From assembly GCA_951406725.2 (NCBI GenBank), contig OX597817.1, positions 172,856,001 to 172,920,000 of the forward strand: 64,000 nt of DNA, in the 5' to 3' direction. Below, piece by piece: positions 1-11,605 of the stretch. A program made the position numbers and the translations under genes. The stretch comes from Octopus vulgaris (Eukaryota). The notes beneath the pieces were generated by a model that had not been told where the DNA came from, ran no database searches, and was given only the letters and a program-made list of their open reading frames with translations. Positions within the stretch are counted from its first letter, which is position 1. Each line of letters opens with the position of its first letter.

Positions 1-594
1 TTTATGCCAAAATGTAGCTAGGGACCAGTCCTCTTCAAATATGTTAACAGTTTTCAATTTGGTTAAGAACTGAATTAGTGACAAGCTCTGAAAGTTGCTT
101 GTCACTAATGTAATGGGTTCAAATATGCCTGAAGCATATTTGAATTGGGTAGATTGCGGCCTTAAGAATATTATTCAACTACTACTGTAGTTAATATTTA
201 AATGTTGGGTATGTTCCTAGCACTACACTGATAAATCACATGTTTTGTCTATGACTACCTGGCATCATCCATGGTAATTACACTATTGTCACTAGAGCTA
301 CATCAGGAATTACTCAGTGTATGTTGAGCATAAAAGAAATGGAAAATGGAATACACGGGAAACATTACTGCTCACAATGATCATTTCAACCCCTCCTGCA
401 TTGGTCCCTCATGGGTGGGAAACTATACAACTAGTTGAGGTGCAACCTTCAATGCAGATGCATCTTGCCAGGTGATGTAATAAGAGGTATCTTATTAAAT
501 GAACTCTGTTTCGCTTGGATTTAATACAGTATGTTGTTAGTGTCCATAAAATATTGCACCCAAATAAAAATATATAAATACATGCATGCACAAA

Positions 595-828
595 TATCTT
601 ATTTCTTTACTGCCCACAAGGGGCCACACACAGAGGGGACAAACAAGGACAGACAAATGGGTTGAGTCAATTATATCAATCCCAGTGCGTAATTGGTACT
701 TATTTAATCAACCCCGAAAGGATGAAAGGCAAGGTCGACCTCAGTGGAATTTGAACTCAGAACTCAGAGTGGCAGACGAAAGACTGCTAAGCATTTTGCC
801 CAGTGTGCTTATGTTTCTGCCAGTTCAT
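595..828 (-). mobile_element. tRNA-derived SINE, family B (head AAGGCGGCGAGCTGGCAGAAACGTTAGC...GAGTTCAAATTCC, tail AAAGAAATAAGAAA)
   Basis: Closely matches many other copies in the window. B-box GAGTTCAAATTCC is on the minus strand. Confidence 0.85.
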
Positions 829-1917
829 TGAAAGTTTGGAAACATAGCTGAAGTGCAAAGACAATTGAGGAGGGAGTCTCAAAACAAATCCATTTACGTA
901 ACAGAATTAGACACAAGTTTGAAGCAGATGGAAGTGTTCAGAATGTCCACAAGAAATGTTCCAGAAGACTGCAGACACTGAAAAGCCCCACAAAGCAAGA
1001 AAGGGTGTTAGAAGCATATTGTTGGGCTTCAAGAAAATGTGTACAACAAATGCACCATGAGATAGAAATTTCAAAATCATGTCTCCATCACATTTTGAAG
1101 CATTGTCATTGGACAAATTACATTCCAAGAATAATCCATACTCTCAATGAAGATGATCCGGACTGAAAGTGGAGTTTTGTGAGTGGTACTGTGAAAAATG
1201 CATAGAATATGCAAACTTTCCTACAAAGATTGTTTGGAGAGATGAGGCTACATTTATATTAAATGGCTCAATTGTTTACCACAATTGCACCTACTGGAGA
1301 CGGAGAATCCATACATTAAGAAGGAATAGTCTGTTAATTTACCAAGAGTTACAGTATGGTGCAGCTTATTAAAAGGATTAATGGGACCATTCTTTTTGAC
1401 AGTAACTATGACTGATTCCATTTACTTGAACTTGCTACTAGAACCTGTCATACCAATGAGTTTTATTTCCAGCAAAATAGGGCACCCCTATAATACCATT
1501 GTAATGTAAGTCTCTACTTTGATAAAATTTTCCAAACAAGTGGAATGAATGAAGTGGTTCAGTAGAATAATCTCTGCTTTTTCTGGATCTCACATCATTA
1601 GATTTTTTTATGGGGATACATAAAGATAAAGTTTATGGTACAAAACCAACAATAGTCAACATATTGAGGACACCCAGTGTACGAGAATGCACACACATAC
1701 TGAATGAAATGTTTCTTGGTGCTTGTGGTTCTATTGCTTTGCATTATCAGCAGTGCCTGGACCATAACAGTCAACAGTTTGAAAACAGATGTTCATAGAA
1801 ATATTGAATTCTGTGTGTAGATTCTATTAAATTTTGAAAATGAAATGTATTCTAAAATAAACGCAGGCTTTATAATCATGCAATGTGTGAATAGATATTT
1901 TTTAGGAAACTTTGTAT
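829..1917 (+). pseudogene. decayed Tc1/mariner-superfamily transposase (rosa/DD41D-like)
   Basis: Fragmented motifs occur in the expected order: LNEDDPD*xVEFCEW, [13 protein letters not shown]...HNCTYW, VTVWCSL, GPFF, FQQ, DLTSLDFFxWGYIKDKVYGTKP. There are many stops and frameshifts. Confidence 0.8.
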
Positions 1918-1937
1918 AAAGTTCTTATATAAGAAAA

Positions 1938-2728
1938 CTAGCAGCATAGCTCGGCATTGCCCGGGTATGTAAGAGCCCCTAGTGGGCAACAACTAATCCC
2001 AATCTAGTCCTTTCCCTCTAGGGAACGAAGGCGCATGTGTAGGTTGCAATGTCTTCTCTTCACTCCCAAATAACTATCAAACAGCTATCGATAATTCAAC
2101 CCAACCAATTCCTACCAGGAAGAAATTACATTCGAGACTTTACCCCCACTTCTGCTAATAGCTGCTGCAGCCGCAAGTTATTCAAATACTTTTTTTGTTT
2201 AAACTTTGTTTATAACTACCACCCCAAACGTTTTACCTTAAATTTTTGACGTACCCTAAGGGTCCTTGGACGCTACTTGCAAACTCTTGGTTTATTATAA
2301 ACCACTTTGGTCGTGTGCACCAAAAAACCTTTTCCATTCGTTTGTTCAGTTTGGTCACTTTTGACTTTTTCGTTGTTGTCACTCACATTGCTGCCCGCTT
2401 TTTTGCCGTTTTTGTACATTTTTATACATTTTGGGATACTTACCCCACGTGTTCCGAGAGTTAAAAAGGTCGAGTTACGTCCCCTAGACAGTCTGTAGAA
2501 AATGTGTTGCATATAAAAAGCTTAGATTCTCGACCCCATGTCGAATTTATCGATTTTTTTTCAGAATTGGGGGAACTTTTCAAAATTTTTGCTGCGTTAG
2601 TTTTGAATTATGACATTGGGCTATGTGTGTGTCAAGTTTCATCAGAATCAGTTGAAAGCCGTGGTCAGGGTGAGGGTACAACCTGACAGACACACAGACA
2701 GACAAACTGCCATTTATATATAGAGAGA
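1938..2728 (-). mobile_element. non-autonomous Helitron-like element
   Basis: On the minus strand it starts TCTCTCTATATATAAATGGCAGTTTGTCTG and ends with a GC hairpin (CCCGGGCAATGCCGAGC) followed by CTAG. It is inserted between A and T. Its 5' ~270 bp is homologous to 63621-63885. Confidence 0.75.
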
Positions 2729-3149
2729 TACTCATTTCATGACAGCTGGTTATGCATAAAGAAAAGTGCATTGAAGAAAAGAGAATGTGGAATGATCTTG
2801 GCTGCACAGGAACAGGCTCTAAAGATAAAGTGGACCATAGGTAGGACGATAAAGTAGTAGCACAGCTCACCCAGATATAGAATGTGTGCGATGATTCTGA
2901 CACAAAAATCTGAGAATAATGTGAGAATAAATCTTCAGAAGTTTGATCATAACCAAGAAAATATGTCTACTTAGGCTCAGTGAGAATTATATGGAAAGTC
3001 CTCAATACAAGGTAAGAACAAAAGTGAAGAGCAGAAGGAAAAAAGAAGGTGTATAGCAGGTAAAAAAAGCCCTCACCCAAGAGCATCGGTTGTGATTTGA
3101 TAGGAAGTAGGGAACAAGGCAGTAATTTTATGAAACAACTCAACATAAT

Positions 3150-3990
3150 GACAATAATAATAATAATAATAATGATAATGATGATGATGATAATAATGAT
3201 AATGATTTCAAATTTTGGCACAAGGCCAGCAATTTCAGGGAAGAGTAAGTTGATTATACTGACCCCAGTAAATGACTCGTACTTATTTTAACAACCCCAA
3301 AAGGAGAAAAGGCAAAGAGGACTTCAGTGAAATTCAAACTCAGAATGTAAAGACAGACAAAATGTTGCAAGCATTTTGCCCCCTGTGCTAATGATTCTAC
3401 CAGCTTGCAGCCCATAATAATAATAATCCTTTCTACTATAGGCACAAGGTATGACATTTTGTGGGAGAGGGCTAGTCGAATACATCGACCCCAGTGCTTG
3501 ACTGGTACTTAATTTATCGACTCTGAAAGGATGAAAGGCAAAGCTGACCTTGGCGGCATTTGAACTCAGAACATGATGGGCAAAATACCGTTAAGCATTT
3601 AGCCCTGACACGCTAACGATCCTGTCAGCTCAATAATAATAATCCTTTCTATTATAGGCACAATGCCTGAAATTTGGGGGATGGGACTAGTCAATTATAT
3701 CAACCCCAGTGTTTCATGGGTACTTAATTTATCGACCCTGAAAGGATGAAAGGTAAAGTCAACCTTGGCAGAATTTGAACTTAGAATGTAGCGGCAGACA
3801 AAATACCACTAAGCATTTCACCTGGTATGCTAACAACTCTGCCAGTTCATTGCCTTGAGCTCAGGAAGTAAGGATGGACAAAATACATGCTAACAACTCT
3901 GCCAGTTCATTGCCTTGAACTCAGGAAGTAAGGATGGACAAAATACTGCAAAGCATTTTGCCTGGCATGCTAACAATTCTGCCAGCTACT
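3150..3990 (-). mobile_element. cluster of family B SINE copies with (AAT)n/(GAT)n tracts and a 60-bp tandem duplication (3827-3946)
   Basis: Three successive GGCACAAGG...GAAAGGATGAAAGG...GAATTTGAACTCAGAA units. The 60-mer ATGCTAACAACTCTGCCAG...GGACAAAATAC occurs twice. Confidence 0.8.
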
Positions 3991-4646
3991 GATGCCGCCA
4001 CCGCCGACCACCACCACAACAACAACAACTATAATAATAAATGCCCTGATGCAGTACCAGGCAGTGGTTCTTATGGCTTGTGATCTTAACTGACTGGAAG
4101 TGTTATCATGTACATTGTTTTGTCTTGGTATAAAAGATGGGCTACAGCAAATATTCTGCTCAATACCACAGATTTGCTTGTCAGTTGCTTGACCTTAATA
4201 AGTTGAGCATGTCCCTTTTTGGCTGACAATATGTGCATCTCTCATCATGAGCAGAAGTAGTAGGGGAGCATCATAGCCATGTCTTGAGAGGAATTCTTTG
4301 GGGTTTGGATAATTCACCTTTGGAAACATGGGTGTTTTGTTTAACATCCTTAAACAACCCTTATTCAGGGACCTTTTGAGCTGGATGGGTAACTTGACCT
4401 AAAGAAAATTCTAACTGACCTCACCTGCAAGGTCATGCACTGTTTATCTTGATATGAGATCACCATGTTGCACGCATATGGTTGTGATTGATGTAACTGG
4501 TGTACCCTTATCAGACGGGTAGTCATGATGGGTATACTGAGCTTCATATATTTTACCCCGGTGTCACTTTGATGGCATGCACTGCTCTCCCACTCAATAA
4601 TGATAATAACAATAATAATAATGATAACAACAACAACAACAACAAC

Positions 4647-4684
<38 letters not shown>

Positions 4685-5036
4685 CTCTTTTTTAGGATTA
4701 TGAGACACTGGGATTCTCAGGAGAGGAAAATACCATTTTTGACATTCATCGCATTCTCAGAAGCATAAAAGCAATGTAACTCAACACTATAAACTAATGC
4801 AATATTTAATAATTATAACATGCCCTTCATACATATTCTCCCCAGAGTAATTATGAGTATTTGAACTATGAAACTGAGAGTTTACTGTTCTTGAGCAGTT
4901 ATACAATACAATACACGAGATGAGATATAAATCAGTAACTCTGTGGCACAAAAGTCTAAGTTAAGAGTAAACAGTTAACTTATTGAATTACTTTTTCTCT
5001 AAACTATTGTTAGAATTTATTCTCAGATTTATTCTC

Positions 5037-5446
5037 AGGAGTGGCTGTGTGGTAAGTAGCTTGCTAACCAACCACATGGTTCCGGGTTCAGTCCCACTGC
5101 GTGGCAACTTAGGCAAGTGTCTTCTACTATAGCTTCGGGCCGACCAAAGCCTTGTGAGTGGATTTGGTAGATGGAAACTGAAAGAAGCCCGTCGTATATA
5201 TGTATATATATGTATGTGTGTGTGTTTACGTGTCTGTGTTTTGTCCCCCTAGCATTGCTTGACAACCGATGCTTGGGTGATAATGTCCCCGTTACTTAGC
5301 GGTTCGGCAAAAGAGACCGATAGAATAAGTACTGGGCTTACAACAGAATAAGTCCCGGGGTCGATTTGCTCGACTAAAGGTGGTGCTCCAGCATGGCCAC
5401 AGTCAAATGACTGAAACATGTAAAAGAGTAAAAGAGTAAAGAGAGT
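5037..5446 (+). mobile_element. tRNA-derived SINE, family A (AGGAGTGGCTGTGTGGTAAG...GGTTCAGTCCC...AAAAGAGTAAAAGAG tail)
   Basis: Has A/B-box-like head, internal (TA/TG)n and a repeated AAAAGAGT tail. More than ten related copies occur in the window. Confidence 0.88.
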
Positions 5447-6125
5447 AATGTTGGAAGAAAAATTTATTAAGTGAAGCAGGCACAAAATGACCACAGAATC
5501 TTTAACGGTTTATCAAATGCTGCATGATTTGAGCTGTATCTTATTTATGAATAATGCAAGAAATTTTCTTCTCAAGAAACTAATTGATGTTACATAATTA
5601 TGTGTGAGTTTAAAAAGAGAGACAAAAAGTGTGTGTACACGTGCATGTGAGTATGTGTGAGGCTGGTTGCATGTCTATGTTCTACTTAGCATGTGTAAAT
5701 TATTTTATGCATTACATCGAAAATTGCATCTGTTATATAACATGACATGTCATTAAATAAACGAGACACATATATAAGTGGTTCCTTTAATTAAGACATT
5801 TAAATTTCATGATAAAATATGACAGTTTTACAGTTAGGTTCTGCAAGGAAATCACGAAACAAGAAAAGATCAAATATTCAAGTGAGTTGTTGAGGAATCT
5901 TCAAGGATTTTTAAGAAATAGAGTGTACACTGAAAACAATGACTGACATCTCACTGATAAGCAATATAAATTGTGAAATTTGCTTTTATTGAAGGTTAGA
6001 GGAAGGAGCAAGCTGAATGAATGACTGAGTGAATGAATAAGTGTGAATGTAGAGGAGATTAGTGACAGAGAACTACAGTGAGCTGAGGATAAATGCAGAC
6101 AAATAATAATGTGGGACAAGTCTAC

Positions 6126-6164
6126 CTTGGATTCAGTGATGTCCTTTGAATCCTTCATTACAAT
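6126..6164 (-). CDS. candidate 39-nt alternative exon of the MCTP-like gene (IVMKDSKDITESK)
   Basis: A long U-rich tract ends in catcctggcag and the donor is AAG|gtagac. Phase 0-0 fits after exon 8094, and the exon lies in a repeat-free stretch. There is no homology or transcript support. Confidence 0.35.
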
Positions 6165-6526
6165 CTGCCAGGATGAAAAAATAAAAATAAAAACGAAAAT
6201 AAAAACAAAACAAAAAACAAAGAAGGTCTGTAATAGTTTGATTCTGCTTGTAAGTATATTTTATTTTCGCCAAGAAGCTAAAAATAATCCCATACAAAAC
6301 AAACAAAAAAAACAGAAAAATCAAAATAAATTTCTTACAAAAATGATTTCTGGAACTTAATATAAGATTTGCAAACAAAAGAAACAAAAACAAAGAATCT
6401 TGGGGGGTAAATTTTCTCTTCAGATTTTCAAACAAAGAAGGGGGAAAATAGAGTATATCTATCTATCTATCCATATATATATATGTATGTATACACACAC
6501 ACACACACACACATACATACATACAG

Positions 6527-7650
6527 GTGCAGGCATGGCTATGTGGTAAGAAGCTTGCTTCCCAACCACATGGTTCCAGGTTTGGTCCCACTGAGTGACA
6601 CCTTGGGCAAGTATCTCTTGCTATAATTTTGAGCTAAACCAAAGCCTTGTGAGATGGAAACTGAAAGAAGCCTGTTGTGTATGTATATGCATGACACCTT
6701 ATGCAAGGAACTATGTGGTCAGTAAGCAAGCTACTTACCACATGGCCATGTGTATAGCTCTTATATAAATATTGTACATACTGATTTCAAATTTTGGCTG
6801 ATGGCCAGCAAGTTCAGGGAAATGGGTTAGTCAATTACATCAACCCCAGTGTTCAACTGGTACTTATTTTATTAACACCGAAAGGATGAAAGGCAAAGTC
6901 AACCTCAGCAGAATTTGAATTCAGAACATGAAGATGGACAAAATGCTGACAAGCATTTTGCTTGTTATGCTAACAATTTTGCCAGCTTGCTGCCTTAAAT
7001 ATTGTGTATATTAAATGATATTATCTCTCACTGGATGGAGTTCATTTTTTGTGGATCTTGCCTGTAAGATTCAACGTGGTAAGTAGCTTGCTTTCCAACC
7101 ACATGGTTCTGGGTTCAATCCCACTGCGTGGCACTACTATAGCCTCAGGTCAACCAAAGCCTTGTGAGTGGATTTGGTAGACAGAAACTGAATGAAGCCT
7201 GTCGTATATATGTATATGTATATATATATGTGTTTGTGTGTATGTCTTTGTCCCACAAACATCGTTTGACAACCGATGCTGGTGTGTTTACATCTCTGTA
7301 ACTTAGCGGTTCGGCAAAAGAGACCGATAGAATAAGTACTGGGCTTACAAAGAATAAGTCCTGGGGTCGATTTCCTCGACTAAAGGCAGTGCTCCAGCAT
7401 GGCCGCAGTCAAATGACTGAAACAAGTAAAAGGGTAATAGAGAGCAAAAGAGTAAATGTATATGTGTATTTGTTTGTGTTTGCTCCTCACCACTTGATAA
7501 CCAGTGTTGGTTTGTTTACATCTCCATAATTTAGCTGAATTTGCAATAAATAAGTACCAAGTACTGGGACTAATTTGTTTGACGAGACCTTTCAAAGTAA
7601 TGCTCCAGCAAGGCCACAGTCCAATGATGGAAATAAGTGAGAGAATAAAG
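6527..7650. mobile_element. SINE cluster: family A (+) 6527-6750, family B (-) 6785-6997, family A (+) 7076-7455 and a degenerate A 3' part
   Basis: Matches to the family A and B sequences seen elsewhere in the window. Confidence 0.8.
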
Positions 7651-8093
7651 AATAGAAGGTAAGGTCCTTTGAAGAATATTAACATTGTAATTCTTTTCCC
7701 ATCTGTGTGGGTGTTTCTGCATTTATATTCACACATAAACGAAACAACATGGAAAATGCTTGGTAAACATTTATTATTTAATAAAAGTAACATTCACTTT
7801 GGCATACGCAAAATCTCTTTTCCTTGTCTGTCATATTTCCAAGCTGCAGACAATAAAACTCTCTAAGCAGAATGTGCTATTTACTCACCCCATCAACTTT
7901 GCTTGTTCTATACTTATGTTGCCATGGCATTAAGTAGCTAAGATACGATTACGTCTAGAACCTATGTTTATGGCAGTATTTTTCAGGAAATTTTAAAATT
8001 ATATATTTTCTATTTTCTGATTGTGGTGAAAAGGGAATAATCCTGGAATCATGTTGGTGCCAAAGTTTACATTAAAAAAAGGCAATTACTTAC

Positions 8094-8202
8094 ATTTTCT
8101 TTATCTGTCTGAGTCTTAGGGGTGAGAGTCAATTGTAATATAATGTAGCCCATATAAGTTGATTTTCCTTTTTCAGATAACATAACTTTCATTTCCTCAG
8201 TC
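8094..8202 (-). CDS. MCTP1: MCTP-like gene, coding exon: end of the C2A domain (V-TEEMKVMLSEKGKSTYMGYIILQLTLTPKTQTDKEN)
   Basis: Acceptor ttttttttcag, donor AAT|gtaagt, 109 nt. Phase 2 entry completes the GT+G Val codon from the previous exon. MGxIxLxLTLxPK matches the last C2A strand of MCTP. Confidence 0.9.
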
Positions 8203-8454
8203 CTGAAAAAAAATAAATGGCAGAAAATGAAACTTTAAGATGTTTTTTTTTTGTCGTAAGTTTTAAATAACATGATTTAGATGGGTCAGTATCTATATTA
8301 GATTTTGTTTTAGTATTTTGGTTTTGAAGATTTTTTGTGTTGAAACAGATTTTGATGTAGCCTGGATGGGTCATTATGCCAACAATAAACACATGCACTG
8401 GTTCTATTACACTTCTTTTGCTATTATTAATCGATTAGTTAATATTTAACCATT

Positions 8455-10831
8455 TCAGTGCCACATAAAAAGAACCCATGCCAGTGTCACATGAAAAGCA
8501 CTCATGCTGGTGCCATGTAAAAAGCACTTGTGCCGGTGCCACACAAAAAACATCTGGGCCTGTGCCATGTAAAAAGCACCTGTGCCAGTGCCACACAAAA
8601 ACATCTGGGCCTGTGCCATGTAAAAAGCACTTGTGCCGGTGCCACACAAAAAACATCTGGGCCTGTGCCATGTAAAAAGCACTTGTGCCGGTGCCACACA
8701 AAAACATCTGGGCCTGTGCCATGTAAAAAGCACCTGTGCCAGTGCCACACAAAAAACATCTGGGCCTGTGCCATGTAAAAAGCACTTGTGCCGGTGCCAC
8801 ACAAAAACATCTGGGCCTGTGCCATGTAAAAAGCACCTGTGCCAGTGCCACACAAAAAACATCTGGGCCTGTGCCATGTAAAAAGCACTTGTGCCGGTGC
8901 CACACAAAAAACATCTGGGCCTGTGCCATGTAAAAAGCACTTGTGCCAGTGCCACACAAAAAACATCTGGGCCTGTGCCATGTAAAAAGCACCTGTGCCA
9001 GTGCCACACAAAAAACATCTGGGCCTGTGCCATGTAAAAAGCACCTGTGCCAGTGCCACACAAAAAACATCTGGGCCTGTGCCATGTAAAAAGCACTTGT
9101 GCCAGTGCCACACAAAAACATCTGGGCCTGTGCCATGTAAAAAGCACCTGTGCCAGTGCCACACAAAAAACATCTGGGCCTGTGCCATGTAAAAAGCACT
9201 TGTGCCAGTGCCACACAAAAAACATCTGGGCCTGTGCCATGTAAAAAGCACCTGTGCCGGTGCCACACAAAAAACATCTGGGCCTGTGCCATGTAAAAAG
9301 CACCTGTGCCAGTGCCACACAAAAAACATCTGGGCCTGTGCCATGTAAAAAGCACCTGTGCCAGTGCCACACAAAAAACATCTGGGCCTGTGCCATGTAA
9401 AAAGCACCTGTGCCGGTGCCACACAAAAAACATCTGGGCCTGTGCCATGTAAAAAGCACTTGTGCCGGTGCCACACAAAAACATCTGGGCCTGTGCCATG
9501 TAAAAAGCACCTGTGCCAGTGCCACACAAAAACATCTGGGCCTGTGCCATGTAAAAAGCACCTGTGCCAGTGCCACACAAAAAACATCTGGGCCTGTGCC
9601 ATGTAAAAAGCACTTGTGCCGGTGCCACACAAAAAACATCTGGGCCTGTGCCATGTAAAAGCACCTGTGCCAGTGCCACACAAAAACATCTGGGCCTGTG
9701 CCATGTAAAAGCACCTGTGCCAGTGCCACACAAAAAACATCTGGGCCTGTGCCATGTAAAAAGCACCTGTGCCGGTGCCACACAAAAACATCTGGGCCTG
9801 TGCCATGTAAAAAGCACTTGTGCCGGTGCCACACAAAAAACATCTGGGCCTGTGCCATGTAAAAAGCACCTGTGCCAGTGCCACACAAAAACATCTGGGC
9901 CTGTGCCATGTAAAAAGCACTTGTGCCGGTGCCACACAAAAAACATCTGGGCCTGTGCCATGTAAAAAGCACCTGTGCCGGTCCCACACAAAAAACATCT
10001 GGGCCTGTGCCATGTAAAAAGCACTTGTGCCAGTGCCACACAAAAAACATCTGGGCCTGTGCCATGTAAAAAGCACCTGTGCCAGTGCCACACAAAAAAC
10101 ATCTGGGCCTGTGCCATGTAAAAAGCACCTGTGCCAGTGCCACACAAAAAACATCTGGGCCTGTGCCATGTAAAAAGCACCTGTGCCGGTGCCACACAAA
10201 AAACATCTGGGCCTGTGCCATGTAAAAAGCACTTGTGCCAGTGCCACACAAAAAACATCTGGGCCTGTGCCATGTAAAAAGCACCTGTGCCAGTGCCACA
10301 CAAAAAACATCTGGGCCTGTGCCATGTAAAAAGCACTTGTGCCAGTGCCACACAAAAAACATCTGGGCCTGTGCCATGTAAAAAGCACCTGTGCCAGTGC
10401 CACACAAAAAACATCTGGGCCTGTGCCATGTAAAAAGCACCTGTGCCAGTGCCACACAAAAAACATCTGGGCCTGTGCCATGTAAAAAGCACTTGTGCCA
10501 CACAAAAAACATCTGGGCCTGTGCCATGTAAAAAGCACTTGTGCCAGTGCCACACAAAAAACATCTGGGCCTGTGCCATGTAAAAAGCACTTGTGCTAGT
10601 GTCATACAAAAGTACACATGCCAGTACCATGTAAGAAGCACCCAATTTACTCTGTAAAGTGGTGGTCATTAAGAAGGACATCCAGCCATATAAATCATGC
10701 CATAACAGACAAACCAGAGCCTGATGTAGCTCTCTGGTTAGCCAGTTCCTGTCAAACATTCTAACCAATACCAACACAGAAAATGGACATTAAATGATGA
10801 TGATGATGATGATGAGATGATGATGATGATG
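8455..10831 (+). mobile_element. RTE-LINE 3'UTR-type element with (GAT)n tail, hosting the minisatellite
   Basis: After the array the sequence continues AAGCACCC...GTGG...TTAAGAAGGACATCCAGCCATA...ATGGACATTAAATGATGATGAT, as at 16610-16787, 21780-21946, 40070-40243 and 54840-55010. Confidence 0.75.
8511..10596 (+). repeat. minisatellite, about 40 copies of a 51-52 bp unit CATCTGGGCCTGTGCCATGTAAAAAGCAC(C/T)TGTGCC(A/G)GTGCCACACAAAAA(A)
   Basis: The head-to-tail array is directly visible. I counted 40 CATCTGGGCC starts between 8551 and 10562. One unit carries a 6-bp deletion (10464-10509). Confidence 0.98.
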
Positions 10832-11605
10832 AATTAACTAATTTTTTTATTTGATTAATCATTTAATCAGCCAATTAGTCAGTTAAGGTCATCAAAGTCC
10901 TTTTGCCATCATTTATAACCTCATCAATGACATGTCCTCTCTACCCCAGGTCTGCTTCGGGTCTGTGATTGACGAACCAACCAATTAATCAAGCAATCAA
11001 TTGGTTAACTAATAATAACTACAACAACAGAAGTGAAATGGAACCAGTGCATGTGTTTATCGTTGGTGTAATAACCTTCCCAAGATACAACAAAATCTTT
11101 ATAAGATTTTTCTGGAAATCTTTTAGTCATTGTGCAATGGCTATCACGTTAAAGTGTGGGATCACATTGTCATAAATATAGAGCATTGAACTGAACACCT
11201 GAGTGAACACCTGAGTAAGGTGCATAACTCTGCTTGCTCAAGTTAATCTGACCAAAAACAAAAAAAGAGAAAGAAGGAGAGAGAGAGAGAGTTTATTCTG
11301 GTCCTATTTCACAGCCAATAGGTTTCTGTAAAATTTCTCTTTTTCTCCTTTCATTTACATCATGGAAATCAAACATTTTATGAAGAGTAAAGGAGAATTA
11401 AGGTATAGCTATGTGGTTATAGAACTGACTTTTTGCAACCTTATGGGGTTAGGTATGATTCCACTGCATGAAAATTTGAGTAAGCGTCTGCTACTAAAAC
11501 CTGAAGTTGACCAATACTTTATGCACAAAATAAGACTAGCAGGAAACAGTGCTGAAGTCCACTGTAAATAACTATAAACTTTACTGGGCTTACTAGTTTG
11601 ATACT

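Larger units (their letters stand above)
8348..11097. repeat. imperfect ~95-bp inverted repeat pair (8348-8441 and ~11005-11097) bracketing the minisatellite
   Basis: The 20-bp core ATAAACACATGCACTGGTTC (8385-8404) is the exact reverse complement of 11041-11060. Similarity extends on both sides with mismatches. Confidence 0.85.

Noticed and set aside
8511-10596. CRISPR-like array
   Set aside because: There are no unique spacers, units are contiguous and near-identical, there are no cas genes, and the DNA is eukaryotic.
8435-10777. Three long Cys/His/Trp-rich ORFs (780, 728 and 683 aa) on the minus strand
   Set aside because: Artefact of a stop-free 52-bp repeat. All three frames are open and cycle through the same peptides, unit lengths do not preserve frame, and the region is an MCTP intron.
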